A stretch of DNA of 64,000 nt from an uncultured Puniceicoccaceae bacterium (GCA_963933835.1 CAWVVV010000001.1:224001-288000), one strand, 5' to 3'. Shown: positions 40,006 to 50,142, counted from the stretch's first letter. The notes: generated by a model from the letters alone, not told the origin. Translations and numbers: made by a program.

Positions 40006-40419
40006 CTAATCGACGGCAGTGACACTGATTTTCACATCCTCTTCGGCGGTGTAAGAAGCATCGATGACCTGAACCATAAGGCCAGACAACGCGTTGCGCT
40101 GAACTTCGAGAATGACAGGCACATCATCACGGCTGAGGACATCGCGAACGATCTTCTCCACCTGATTCATCGTTACCTGGTCGTCTTTATAGAGGACTTG
40201 GCCGTTCGCTTGGATATTAAATACGATCGGATCGCTCTTCGGCTCATTCTCCGTCTCAGGTGGCTTAGGCTGTGGCTTATCGATTTTGATACCGATTTCG
40301 TCAACGAAGACGGTGGTCACGATAAAGAAAATGAGAAGGATGAAGACCATATCAATCATCGGGGAGATGTTGATGTCTGTATTGTCTTCAGCTTGTTTGA
40401 TCCGACGATGACGGCTCAT
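40006..40419 (-). CDS. exbD: ExbD/TolR family protein
   Basis: INISPMIDMVFILLIFFIVTT motif. Confidence 0.92.
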   Translation of the reverse strand: MSRHRRIKQAEDNTDINISPMIDMVFILLIFFIVTTVFVDEIGIKIDKPQPKPPETENEPKSDPIVFNIQANGQVLYKDDQVTMNQVEKIVRDVLSRDDVPVILEVQRNALSGLMVQVIDASYTAEEDVKISVTAVD

Positions 40420-40495
40420 AAAATTTTAAGGGGTTGTAGGGGTGTAAGAAAATGAATGCGCCCAGAGAGGTGAATCATCAAGGAAATTAAACATC

Positions 40496-42109
40496 TCAAG
40501 TCGCTCGTTTTGTCGCGAAAATATAGGATGAGGCGAAAAGCAATGCAGCCCCCACGACGATGACAAGACCCGGTATAGGCAACCAAAAGAGCGGAACAAA
40601 ACCCAAGAAAAGCGCTGCTCCTCCAGCGAGGAGAGCATATGGAAACTGTGTTTTCACATGCTCATGCGGTTCTATTCCACACGCGATGGACGAAACAATC
40701 GTCGTATCAGACAACGGTGAACAGTGATCACCAAAGACGGCGCCACTAAAGACTGCTGCCACAATTCCAGAAAGACCGAAGCGCAATGCAGCGTCGTCCA
40801 TCTCGGAGCCCAAACCGAAGAAAAGTGGGATCGATAAGGGCATGACCAAAGCCATCGTTCCCCAAGAAGTTCCCGTCGTGAAACTGATCACAGAGGCTGC
40901 AACAAAAACGACCGCGGGCAAAAGCTTCACAGAAACGGCTCCCTCAAGTAATGCAGATAAAACGTCACCCGCCTGAAGCTCTCCGATCACGCTTCCGAGA
41001 ACCCATACCGCAACCAAGATCAATGCCGGTTTAAAGAGCGCCAGCACGCCATTCTCAAAGGCCTCCATCCCCGCACTGATTCCACCACGGGAGCGAGGGA
41101 AGACAATGAGCGCTCCGACCACTCCAATTATGCTCGCCCACACCATAACGATCGCCGCGTTTGAAGCACCAAACGCAGCCGCGAGGAGCTTTAAGCCCGA
41201 CAGCTCGGAGCCGTTCTCTCCGAGTCGTTGAAAGCCATCCCAAACGATACCGCCAATGACCGAAAATATCAGCAAGGCGAGGGGTCCGAAGAAGCGCCAG
41301 CGTCCCACCGTGCTCTCTTCGCCATCGGTCGTTTGAGCCAAAGGCTCTAGCTCACTCGGCGCAACCGCTTGCGCGGACTTCATTGGCCCTATGTTCCACT
41401 GTCGATAAATCGCTACCACCAATAAGATTAACGCGAACCAACAGTAAAAATTAACCGGAATGGACGAAAAATAGACCGAATACGGATCAGCGAACCCTTC
41501 TCGGCCGGCCTCGATCATACCCTCTCGTATCTGACTCAGTTGAAAAGCTATCCATGTTGAAATGAAGGCGATACAAGCGACCGCTGCACTCGTCGTATCG
41601 ACGATATAAGCAAGCCGCTCGCGAGCGACCCCACAACGGTCAGCTAGGCCTCGAAACAGACGACCGACCATCAATGAGTTTGCCAACCCGTCAAAGAAGC
41701 AGATCAGGCCAAATCCCATCGCCGCGCCTTCGAGTCGGCGTCTAGAACCTTGATCAGCAACGCGTCCGAGCCATGCATCCAAAGCGCCCGATTTTTCAAG
41801 AATTGCTGCAAATCCCCCCAAAAGAAGGGTAAAAACCAGAGCGCCGACATTCCACAAGCTGCCGAATTTAGGTAGAAAATGAATTTCGACGAGTGAGACG
41901 AAAGCGAGCGCAGGGTTCCCATTACTTAAAAGAATCGCTCCGCTCAAAGCCCCAACCAACAGGGCAATCACGACCCGCCGGAAAAGGACCACCATCGCCA
42001 AGGCAAGAAACGATGGCCAAAGCGCGGCAAGCTCACCGCCAAAAAACAACATGCCCCACGTGGCTGCAAAGAGAACGAGAGCGAGAGCAGTCTTCCAGTC
42101 TTTAAACAT
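40496..42109 (-). CDS. NhaC-family Na+/H+ antiporter
   Basis: LAYIVDTTSA, FTTGTSWGTM and GAVFGDHCSPLSDTT motifs. Confidence 0.9.
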   Translation of the reverse strand: MFKDWKTALALVLFAATWGMLFFGGELAALWPSFLALAMVVLFRRVVIALLVGALSGAILLSNGNPALAFVSLVEIHFLPKFGSLWNVGALVFTLLLGGFAAILEKSGALDAWLGRVADQGSRRRLEGAAMGFGLICFFDGLANSLMVGRLFRGLADRCGVARERLAYIVDTTSAAVACIAFISTWIAFQLSQIREGMIEAGREGFADPYSVYFSSIPVNFYCWFALILLVVAIYRQWNIGPMKSAQAVAPSELEPLAQTTDGEESTVGRWRFFGPLALLIFSVIGGIVWDGFQRLGENGSELSGLKLLAAAFGASNAAIVMVWASIIGVVGALIVFPRSRGGISAGMEAFENGVLALFKPALILVAVWVLGSVIGELQAGDVLSALLEGAVSVKLLPAVVFVAASVISFTTGTSWGTMALVMPLSIPLFFGLGSEMDDAALRFGLSGIVAAVFSGAVFGDHCSPLSDTTIVSSIACGIEPHEHVKTQFPYALLAGGAALFLGFVPLFWLPIPGLVIVVGAALLFASSYIFATKRAT

Positions 42110-42200
42110 TAGTTAGTTACGATGATAAGGACTCGCTCGGTGGCAAGTTTAGCGCTTACCGATTGCATGCATTGAGGGAATACCAAACTGTCCCCCCCCT

Positions 42201-43313
42201 ATGCCTTTTCAACCAGCGAAACGGTCGATCCTCGATGAAAGCGAAACGAGTCTCAAAGAGTCTCTTAAGGCTTGGGGACTTCCTGCATACCGATGCCAGC
42301 AAATCCTCGATGGCATTTACCGCGGGCAGGCCGCTAGCTTCGACGACTTTAGCTCCTTGCCGAAGAGCCTTCGTCAGAAACTTGCAGAGCAATATGAGTT
42401 TATGCCGACAAAACGCCTGCTCGTCAAAAATCCCGACGGGAACACCGAAAAGCTCCTCCTCGAACTCGAAGATCGAAGCCTGATCGAGACCGTTCTCATT
42501 CGCTACCCACAAACCGGCGTAGGTCAAAGCGAGTCGCGCCGAACGATCTGTGTTTCTAGTCAAGTTGGCTGCGCTTATGGCTGTAAATTCTGTGCCTCGG
42601 GGCTCGCAGGTTGGAAAAGGAATCTCACCCGAAGCGAAATCGTCGCCCAGTTCATCGAAATCAGGGAATGGGAAATCGAGCGTGAGCGGGCTACTCCCGA
42701 AGGCCGCACTCCCTTCGACAACATCGTTTTCATGGGAATGGGTGAGCCTTTAGCCAACTATGATGCCGTTGTCGGCTCGATCCAAACCTTGAACTCAGAA
42801 TGGGGATTCAACTTCGGGGCACGACGCATCACCCTATCCACCTCAGGCCTCGTCCCACAGATTCTAAAATTGGCCAAAGAGCCAATTCAGTTTCGCCTCG
42901 CTATCAGTCTGCATGGGGCAACGAACGCCGTTCGCGAGAAGATCATGCCGATCAACAAACGCTATCCACTCGAGGAATTGATTCCCGCAGCCGAATATTT
43001 CAGCCAGAACCATGGACGCATGCTGACACTTGAATACATCCTCATTGAGGACGTGAACGACTCCTTTGAACAAGCCCACGAACTGGTCAAGATTGCTCGG
43101 CGCCTTCACGCGCACGTTAACTTGATTCCTTACAATAAGGTGGAGGGTCTGCCTTGGAAACGGCCTAATATTATGCGTCAGCAAGCCTTCGGAACGATCC
43201 TCAAAAAGCAGAAGATCTCTTTTACGATCCGGAAGGAAAAAGGGCACGAAATCGATGCAGCCTGTGGTCAGCTCCGTCTGCTAACAGAGAAAGAACGCGG
43301 ACAAGTCGCTTAA
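42201..43313 (+). CDS. rlmN: Radical SAM RNA methyltransferase RlmN
   Basis: CVSSQVGCAYGCKFC, FMGMGEP and IDAACGQL motifs. Confidence 0.96.
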   Translation: MPFQPAKRSILDESETSLKESLKAWGLPAYRCQQILDGIYRGQAASFDDFSSLPKSLRQKLAEQYEFMPTKRLLVKNPDGNTEKLLLELEDRSLIETVLIRYPQTGVGQSESRRTICVSSQVGCAYGCKFCASGLAGWKRNLTRSEIVAQFIEIREWEIERERATPEGRTPFDNIVFMGMGEPLANYDAVVGSIQTLNSEWGFNFGARRITLSTSGLVPQILKLAKEPIQFRLAISLHGATNAVREKIMPINKRYPLEELIPAAEYFSQNHGRMLTLEYILIEDVNDSFEQAHELVKIARRLHAHVNLIPYNKVEGLPWKRPNIMRQQAFGTILKKQKISFTIRKEKGHEIDAACGQLRLLTEKERGQVA

Positions 43314-43346
43314 ACACGTAAATTTGAATTCTTAATTCAGCTTTAC

Positions 43347-43370
43347 ATCAATATATCCGTATATATTGAT
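43347..43370. promoter_or_regulatory. Palindromic candidate operator upstream of metF
   Basis: ATCAATATAT-CCGT-ATATATTGAT, a perfect 10-bp inverted repeat ending 8 bp before the ATG. Confidence 0.6.
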
Positions 43371-43378
43371 TTGTTATC

Positions 43379-44257
43379 ATGAAGAACCGAGCCATCACTG
43401 ACCTGCTCGCTCAGGACAAACCTACATTGTCGGTAGAATTTTATCCGCCCAAAGACGAAACGGGAGGCGAACTGATCGTTCGCAGTGCGGTCGAAATTGC
43501 TCAAGAAGTGAAGCCCGACTTTGTTTCGATCACTTACGGGGCCGGTGGTTCGACGCGCGAGCGCACCTTTCGCTACGCCAGCAAGCTAAAGGACGAAAAC
43601 AACTTCAATGTCATGCCACACCTGACTTGCGTCGGGTCTTCAAAAGCTGAAATCGTCGATATCGTCGAAGGCTATGTACAAGCAGGCTTTTGTAATCTAA
43701 TGGCCCTCCGGGGGGATCCGCCAAAAGGCGAGACAGAGTTTAAGCCGCACCCAGATGGACTCGCCTACGCGAGTGACCTCATGGCCCTCTTACGCGAGAA
43801 GTTCGCTGGACTTTGCCTCGGTGTAGCGGCGTATCCCGAGGTTCACCCTGAAGCAGCCTCTGCCGAACAAGACCTCAAGCATTTGAAACTGAAGGTCGAT
43901 GCAGGGGCATCCTTCATTACGACACAGCTTTTTTATCGAACTGAGAACTTCGTTCGCTTTGCGGAAAACTGCCGAAGTGCGGGTATCACGATACCGATCG
44001 TTCCAGGACTCATGCCGATCCTCTCCGCAAAAGCCGCCAAACGCTTCTGCTCAGACATCCCAGCCCCCTTACTCGAAGCGTTGAATAAGGCAGGTGATGA
44101 TCCGCAAGCGATTCAGGCAGTCAGTGTTGATTGGACCTTTCGGCAGGTCAACGAGCTCAGTGAGGCCGGCTTTAAGAACGTCCACCTCTACATCATGAAT
44201 AGGAGCGCCATTGCAGTTCCATTGATGAAGAGACTTCAGGACGCCGGCATCTATTAG
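43379..44257 (+). CDS. metF: 5,10-methylenetetrahydrofolate reductase
   Basis: SVEFYPPK, SITYGAGGS, PHLTC, ALRGDPP, AYPEVHPE and ITTQLF motifs. Confidence 0.95.
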   Translation: MKNRAITDLLAQDKPTLSVEFYPPKDETGGELIVRSAVEIAQEVKPDFVSITYGAGGSTRERTFRYASKLKDENNFNVMPHLTCVGSSKAEIVDIVEGYVQAGFCNLMALRGDPPKGETEFKPHPDGLAYASDLMALLREKFAGLCLGVAAYPEVHPEAASAEQDLKHLKLKVDAGASFITTQLFYRTENFVRFAENCRSAGITIPIVPGLMPILSAKAAKRFCSDIPAPLLEALNKAGDDPQAIQAVSVDWTFRQVNELSEAGFKNVHLYIMNRSAIAVPLMKRLQDAGIY

Positions 44258-44359
44258 GACGAGCTGTCCAAACAAAAGGCCCACCGTTCGGGCCTCGTCA
44301 TCTACCTGACTTACCGCGGGCAGCGCTTACCTTTTGCGGCCCCCTTGTAGTTGGGGCAC

Positions 44360-44389
44360 AAAAAAGCCCCTCGGTAAACCGAGGGGCTT
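44360..44389 (-). terminator. Intrinsic terminator after the PEP-CTERM gene
   Basis: AAAAAAGCCCCTCGG-TAAA-CCGAGGGGCTT. Confidence 0.85.
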
Positions 44390-44418
44390 GAAAGAGAGAT
44401 TTAAATCTAACGCAGGAT

Positions 44419-45192
44419 CTAGCGGCGGCGGCGTGATGTGCCGAGGAGCGTAGCGATAAATCCGAAGCTGATCAGAGCAATGAATGAAGGCTCAGGGATC
44501 GGAGCTGTCACTTGCGTTGGACGAACCGGCTTACTCGGCTTAATATCCGTAAGGAAGTCTACTGGGGTGTAACCACCGTAGGTGTAGACGTCAGGAAATG
44601 TTTCAAACATGCTGATATTCAGAATACCAGAGCTAGTGAGGTCAGCCAAGATAGCGTCGTAGTATGGACCACAACCAAGAAACTCAGCTGTGCCAACAGA
44701 TGCCGCCGGTGGACCGCAGATTAAGCCGAGATCAAAACCAAAGTTGTAGTCGAGGTCGTTAACCATCAGGAGATCATCGCCTGGATTATTAAAACCTTGA
44801 AAGTCGAACATCGTCATTTCGATGTTGATCCCAGCGATACCACCGCCGAAATCAAAAGCATCCCAACCGTAACTTTCGCCGATGATGCCGAGGGCATCAG
44901 CGACACCCGGGATAGGAGTATTTGCGCCACCAGCGTAACCGAACACGCCATTAATGATGTCGCCGCCGCCTGTGCCGTAGTCGAAGAAGCCGTTGTAGAG
45001 TTCTAGAGCAGACAGCTGGGCAACAACGTGCGCACCATTTGTTCCGAGGATTTCGATTACGATTCCAGTGTCTTGGACGATACCGAAAGTATTGAGGTCA
45101 ATCGCGGGGTTGAGCGACGACATGAACTGAGCACTTAAAGGTGCGGAGATTGCAGCGGCCGCAAGCAGACTGACAGTTAGATTTTTCTTCAT
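44419..45192 (-). CDS. PEP-CTERM sorting-domain exported protein
   Basis: Signal peptide and C-terminal PIPEPS-TM-RRRR. Confidence 0.9.
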   Translation of the reverse strand: MKKNLTVSLLAAAAISAPLSAQFMSSLNPAIDLNTFGIVQDTGIVIEILGTNGAHVVAQLSALELYNGFFDYGTGGGDIINGVFGYAGGANTPIPGVADALGIIGESYGWDAFDFGGGIAGINIEMTMFDFQGFNNPGDDLLMVNDLDYNFGFDLGLICGPPAASVGTAEFLGCGPYYDAILADLTSSGILNISMFETFPDVYTYGGYTPVDFLTDIKPSKPVRPTQVTAPIPEPSFIALISFGFIATLLGTSRRRR

Positions 45193-45320
45193 AGTAGACA
45201 GGATTGAGATGAAAGACTAGTAGTAGACTGTGCAAATTAAGGAATACACCTACAGGGATATCAAAGGGTTTATAAGTATATTCCTGTTAAAAAACCTTAA
45301 TGTTTTTTACATTTAGACCT

Positions 45321-46178
45321 CTAAACCCTGATTCTAGAGCGAAATAGCGTCTTTGTCTGCCAGAGCACAGGCCTGTGCCCAAGGAGCTCGCCCTCGGAAT
45401 CAATTGCACTGACTAGGTATGAGCTAGCGAAGCGAAAGGGGGCGCCTGAAGAGGATCCAAATCCGCCAACGAGCTCCGTTCCTCGGCGCGCAGAATCCTC
45501 CATCCACGCGGGCAACGTCAGGTGATAAGGGTTTCTCCTCACCTCCCCTTCATGCTCAGCCAGTGCCCGAACCAGCTCAGAAACCTCAAGCGGTGTCGCC
45601 TCAACGATGCAGTTTGGCTCAGGCATGGTGGCCCAAAACTCTGATTCAACGTATAATTGAGGTCTTCTATTCAGCGTTTTGATCGCCTCGCGAACGAAAT
45701 TCCCGACCGAAACGTGGGTCGGATGGGCATCTGCTAGATGCGGTGCGAGCACGATTGTGGCTCCTAAATCGTCTAAAACCGCCCCAAAACCTGCGAGGGC
45801 GTCTTCTCTTTGCGCTTCTTTGGATGCACGCAAGAAGCCCCCGCTTAGGTCCTCAAAAGGATACCTACATTCAAAACCAAGGCTGGCACACGAGCACTCA
45901 AGTTCTCCTCGGCGACGCCCATGCTCTTCGAACCGGCTACCTAGGGTCATGGCTAAATTGACTACCCGCCAGCCTTCTTGACGAAGTCTGTAAGGTAAAA
46001 GACCAACGATCGCCTCATCATCTGGGTGCGGTGAACAAATCACTACCACGGGTGCATCCTCGGCGACGGGCGGAAGACTAGGTCGAGCCGACGTGTCTCG
46101 TCCGATCGACTCTGCGGCATCCCGCAAAGCTACGAGTGATTCAATCCAATCGGCGTATGTTTTAGGGGGGGAATTCAC
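45321..46178 (-). CDS. PIG-L/LmbE family deacetylase
   Basis: SPHPDDE and DAHPTH metal-binding motifs. Confidence 0.88.
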   Translation of the reverse strand: MNSPPKTYADWIESLVALRDAAESIGRDTSARPSLPPVAEDAPVVVICSPHPDDEAIVGLLPYRLRQEGWRVVNLAMTLGSRFEEHGRRRGELECSCASLGFECRYPFEDLSGGFLRASKEAQREDALAGFGAVLDDLGATIVLAPHLADAHPTHVSVGNFVREAIKTLNRRPQLYVESEFWATMPEPNCIVEATPLEVSELVRALAEHEGEVRRNPYHLTLPAWMEDSARRGTELVGGFGSSSGAPFRFASSYLVSAIDSEGELLGHRPVLWQTKTLFRSRIRV

Positions 46179-46196
46179 AGCGGAAATATTCAGCGC

Positions 46197-46691
46197 TTAG
46201 CGATGACGACCGCTCCATGCGCCTAAACCGGAGGCCAAAGCCTGCGCCTCGAGCTCGCCAAAGCGCTCTAGAAATGAATCCGTCCAAATAAGCGGCCGAT
46301 GGTCTTCGGCCGAGATGCGGCAATTTGTCCGAAATCCTCGGGCGTAGAGCCGCTCCTTATCCCCCGACTGAATCGCAAAACCAGTTGTCATCGATCCCGC
46401 GCGGAGTCGCTGGCACCAGAGAACGATCGAAATAGGCACGACACCGTTAATCGAGCTGAGATAATCCGACTCAATCCGACTCACGACATGATACATGTCG
46501 GGAAATTTTTCCCAATCAAAGCGCGGCGCGCCCAACACACTTTCGAACCAAAGCTGCTGAGCACGTTCGACGAAAGTTAGATACTTCGGGTGGTGAACGA
46601 CCATTTGTCCATCGAGGTCATCGTAGTGCGTATCGGTCTGATATAAAAAGCAGCCGAGGGGTAGGCTTGATAAATCTATGGGCTCAATCAT
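46197..46691 (-). CDS. Hotdog-fold acyl-CoA thioesterase (4HBT/YbgC-like)
   Basis: DLDGQMVVHHPKYLTFVERA motif. Confidence 0.8.
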   Translation of the reverse strand: MIEPIDLSSLPLGCFLYQTDTHYDDLDGQMVVHHPKYLTFVERAQQLWFESVLGAPRFDWEKFPDMYHVVSRIESDYLSSINGVVPISIVLWCQRLRAGSMTTGFAIQSGDKERLYARGFRTNCRISAEDHRPLIWTDSFLERFGELEAQALASGLGAWSGRHR

Positions 46692-46773
46692 TTCAAAAGT
46701 TCTAGGCTACGTAATGCTAAAGACAGGAACACGGCTCACGCAAGCCACCGAGACAACCAGAAGCAAAAAAGGC

Positions 46774-47766
46774 TCATGTCTTCGCCTTCAAATCTGCGAG
46801 ATACTCGGAAAGACCCACCGAGGTCGGATGTTTTTCAGGTTCGTATCCCAAATCAGCTCGAGCCGCTTCGATAGAAAACCAATGATCTTTTGCTAGCTCC
46901 GTCGCAACGAAGCGCGTCATCGGGGGTTCCCCATCCAGCCGTAGCAATTTCCAAATGAACTCAGCCGTCGCCCCAAGGCAGTAGGCCACCCCAAGGCTCA
47001 ATCTACGCTTTAAGGGCGGAATTCCCACAGCATGGAGAATCTCAGCTACCCAATCCCACAATACAACCGGCTCCCCTTGGGAGAGAAAATACGCCTTCCC
47101 CCCCGCCACTCCTCTTTGAAGCGCGTCCAGCGCCTGCACATGTGCGTCCGCCGCATTGCGAACATGCGTAATGTCTGCCCGGTTTTTGCCCGTTCCTATC
47201 TGGGCGAGGCGTCCTGCTCGAGCACGATCGAGGACGCGGGGCAGCAAGTGTGGATCACCCACACCCCAAATCAAATGCGGCCTCAAGGCACAGGTTTCAA
47301 AACGGGGACCATTCGCCTGCAAAACCATCTGTTCAGCAGTCGCTTTTGTCTCAGCGTAGTGGCAAAGCCAGTTACGTCCGTAAGGCAGTGACTCGTCTTC
47401 TCCTTGGAAGGACTCTCCGGAAAAAACAACGCTCGGCGTACTCGTGTGAACCATCCAACGTACACCGTGTTTACGGCAAGCAGCCAAGACGTTTGCAGTG
47501 CCACCGATGTTAATCGCTTCGTATTCTTCGCGCTTACCCCACACCCCGGCTTTCGCCGCGACGTGGATCACTGCGTCTTTGCCCTCAATGGCGCGCGCCA
47601 CTTCATCAGCATGGGTCAAATTTCCCTGGCAAACGATGACCCCACTCTCAGCTAGGTCATTTGCGGCTGAGCGCTGAAATACAGTCACCTCATCTCCGCG
47701 TTCAAGCAGCGCTTTGACGATATACCTTCCGAGGAAACCTGCCCCGCCTGTCACCAAAATCCGCAT
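46774..47766 (-). CDS. oleD: OleD-like 2-alkyl-3-oxoalkanoate reductase (extended SDR)
   Basis: TGGAGFLG, HVAAKAGVWG, TSTPSVVF, YAETKA and LRPHLIWGVGDPHL motifs; directly downstream of oleC. Confidence 0.85.
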   Translation of the reverse strand: MRILVTGGAGFLGRYIVKALLERGDEVTVFQRSAANDLAESGVIVCQGNLTHADEVARAIEGKDAVIHVAAKAGVWGKREEYEAINIGGTANVLAACRKHGVRWMVHTSTPSVVFSGESFQGEDESLPYGRNWLCHYAETKATAEQMVLQANGPRFETCALRPHLIWGVGDPHLLPRVLDRARAGRLAQIGTGKNRADITHVRNAADAHVQALDALQRGVAGGKAYFLSQGEPVVLWDWVAEILHAVGIPPLKRRLSLGVAYCLGATAEFIWKLLRLDGEPPMTRFVATELAKDHWFSIEAARADLGYEPEKHPTSVGLSEYLADLKAKT

Positions 47767-47769
47767 GCC

Positions 47770-49386
47770 CTACAAAGCTTTCTTTCCCTCGAACTCTTTC
47801 TTCAAGGTCAATCGATGAATCTTCGCATTATGCCTCACATCGACAGGGAAGCCTTTGCTGACAAAGAAATTCTTAATCACTTCCGTATGAGGAAATCGGG
47901 ACGCTTGCTCAATAAGCTCATCCACTCGAAGTGATTTACCATTTTCAAATTCCAGCACGACGGCCGGTATTTGCCTCGGCGCTTGGCCAAGCCCGATTAG
48001 AGCGCTGCGAAAAACACCGGGGAGCTGGTTAAAGACCGCTTCGACCTGATCGGTAAAAAGGACCCCAGTAGTTGTCACCACCTGCTCCACGGCCCGTCCA
48101 CAAAACCAAAGGCGCCCCTCTTTATCAAAATAGCCAAGGTCGCCCATTCGGTGCCAAACGACCCCATCAGGAGAGAGCCACTTGGATTTCGACGTTGCCC
48201 CAGGCAAGCGGTCGTAGGTCTCAGTCACTGAAGGTCCAGTGACGATGACTTCTCCAATTTGCCCCTGCTCTAATTCTTCAAGCTCAGTTGCCCCGTCAAA
48301 GGGTTGCTCTTGAAAGGGCACGATCTTCGCAGACACCTCAGAAACTAAGCGCCCCACACAAGTGCCCTGCCCTGCCCGCGTTCGGTCCCAGGTTGAATCT
48401 AGTACTTCCCGTGCTGAAATCGTGGATACAGGGAGGCATTCCGTCGCTCCGTAGGGCGTATGAACCATTCCATTTGGCAAAAGCCTAGAAAGTCTTTCGA
48501 GAAGTTCTACGGGCGCGGGGGCACCAGCCATAAGAATTCGCCTAATCGATGGCAGCTTCAGGGACTGCGCATCGCAGTAGTCGGCGATACGTTTCCAAAG
48601 AACTGGCGAACCGAAGGAGTTCGTTACTTGGTTTTGCTCAATCGCTTGAACAATCTTGGCTGGATCGACCGTTGCTGGGCGACTCGGATTCATTTCAGGA
48701 ACAACCGTCGTCATACCCATCGCAGGATTAAAGAGCGCAAAGATGGGCAACATCGGGAGATCTACTTCCCCGGGCTCAATACCATACGTGTCCCGGATCA
48801 GCCGAACCTGTGCATCGAACATCCCGTGAGTATATTGCACCCCTTTAGCTGGCCCAGTTGACCCCGAGGTAAAAAGGATGGCAGCGAGCTCATCCGCATC
48901 GGCTTCAGCCATTCCGATATTACCCGCGCAATTCCCAATCGCAGCTTCCCATTTTTTCCCAACGAGGACCCGCGGACCCACGGAGCGAAAGGTTCGACGA
49001 AAAATCTTCGAGAGAGCAACCGCCAGCGGGATCCCAACTAAGGCTTCAGGTTCGGTTCTCTTCACACAGCTCAAAAACCCTTTCAGACCCATGCCGGGGT
49101 CGATCACAACCGGAACCGCGCCCAGCTTGAAGAAAGCGAAGCAAATCTCAATCAAAGGCAAACCAGGCCGAACCATAAGGAGGGTCCGTGTTCCCCTCCT
49201 GACCCCACGCTCAGAAAGGAACTGCGCGGCGCGATTTGACGACGCATCCAGTTCAGCGAAGCTCCGTTCGAGATATCGAATCGTTCCATTCGAACTTCGT
49301 CCTTCAGCAACGCGAAGCGCAGCCTGATGCCCCCTTTCAGAGGCCATCGCATTGAGGAATCGTGCGACGTTAGCGTTGGTATCCAC
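47770..49386 (-). CDS. oleC: OleC-like olefin beta-lactone synthetase (AMP-dependent ligase)
   Basis: IDPGMG, ILFTSGSTGPAKGV, TPYGATECLPV, WHRMGDLG and FPVDVRHNAKI motifs. Confidence 0.88.
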   Translation of the reverse strand: MDTNANVARFLNAMASERGHQAALRVAEGRSSNGTIRYLERSFAELDASSNRAAQFLSERGVRRGTRTLLMVRPGLPLIEICFAFFKLGAVPVVIDPGMGLKGFLSCVKRTEPEALVGIPLAVALSKIFRRTFRSVGPRVLVGKKWEAAIGNCAGNIGMAEADADELAAILFTSGSTGPAKGVQYTHGMFDAQVRLIRDTYGIEPGEVDLPMLPIFALFNPAMGMTTVVPEMNPSRPATVDPAKIVQAIEQNQVTNSFGSPVLWKRIADYCDAQSLKLPSIRRILMAGAPAPVELLERLSRLLPNGMVHTPYGATECLPVSTISAREVLDSTWDRTRAGQGTCVGRLVSEVSAKIVPFQEQPFDGATELEELEQGQIGEVIVTGPSVTETYDRLPGATSKSKWLSPDGVVWHRMGDLGYFDKEGRLWFCGRAVEQVVTTTGVLFTDQVEAVFNQLPGVFRSALIGLGQAPRQIPAVVLEFENGKSLRVDELIEQASRFPHTEVIKNFFVSKGFPVDVRHNAKIHRLTLKKEFEGKKAL

Positions 49387-49411
49387 TCAGCAAACGACCG
49401 ACCGTAGAGGC

Positions 49412-49687
49412 CTAGTAATCAGTAAACGAAAGCAACCCCCAAAGAATTTCGACTTTCCGCCCGGTTGGATTCTCGTTCGTCGCGAGTTCACCTTCCGACA
49501 GCGTAGGAGAAACTGAACCGGTTGGCTCGAAAGACTCGTTCTCAACCGACACAATGCCGAGAAAGTTGAAGTCGGAGCCAGGGCCAGAGGCGGTTTCTTC
49601 GGTAGTGGCACAACCAACCATCGATACTGCCACGATCAGAAATGTAAGTCGTAAAAACACGAATATGAGACAAATCCTTAAGCGCAT
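49412..49687 (-). CDS. Small hypothetical lipoprotein (start uncertain)
   Basis: Hydrophobic stretch with MVGC lipobox; ends LWGLLSFTDY. Confidence 0.6.
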   Translation of the reverse strand: MRLRICLIFVFLRLTFLIVAVSMVGCATTEETASGPGSDFNFLGIVSVENESFEPTGSVSPTLSEGELATNENPTGRKVEILWGLLSFTDY

Positions 49688-49729
49688 CGTGGCAACGCAA
49701 AAGCGCATGGGCATCGGTCAACCCCTCGC

Positions 49730-50062
49730 CTAAAAGCGCTTTTTCGCACCGATCTGATACATCCGTCCAACGGGAGAATGAAGATAATCGTAACCGATAG
49801 AATCAGCATCCGAAAATGGCGGTTCCTCATCGAACAGATTGATGACCTCAACCGTAAACTACATATCTAAGGCCTCGAAGCCTATCCCAATATCTACCGT
49901 CACAAACGGGTCCACCTCTTCTACCCCGGAGAATGAAGCGAAAAGTTGGTTGTATGGGCCGACATAATTGACAGATCCAAAGGCATCCCAGCGATCCTTC
50001 GTCCAAGTCACCCTTAAATCACCCCTGTATTCAGGAAAAAGATACTCGCCTGATTTCCCTTC
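49730..50062 (-). pseudogene. 3' remnant of a TonB-dependent receptor
   Basis: GEYLFPEYRG...VNYVGPY...TVDIGIGFEALDM*FTVEVINLFDEEPP...PVGRMYQIGAKKRF*. No start codon; internal TAG at 49859-49861. Confidence 0.82.
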
Positions 50063-50142
50063 TAATCTACTTTAGATGCAAAACAAAAATAGGGCTAACG
50101 ATTCAGTCCGTTGCCTGAATAAAAACCCGCCCTTAGCTAACC

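Noticed and set aside
40426..40638. 70-aa ORF upstream of exbD as an exbB remnant
   Set aside because: Mostly overlaps the antiporter gene and shows no ExbB similarity
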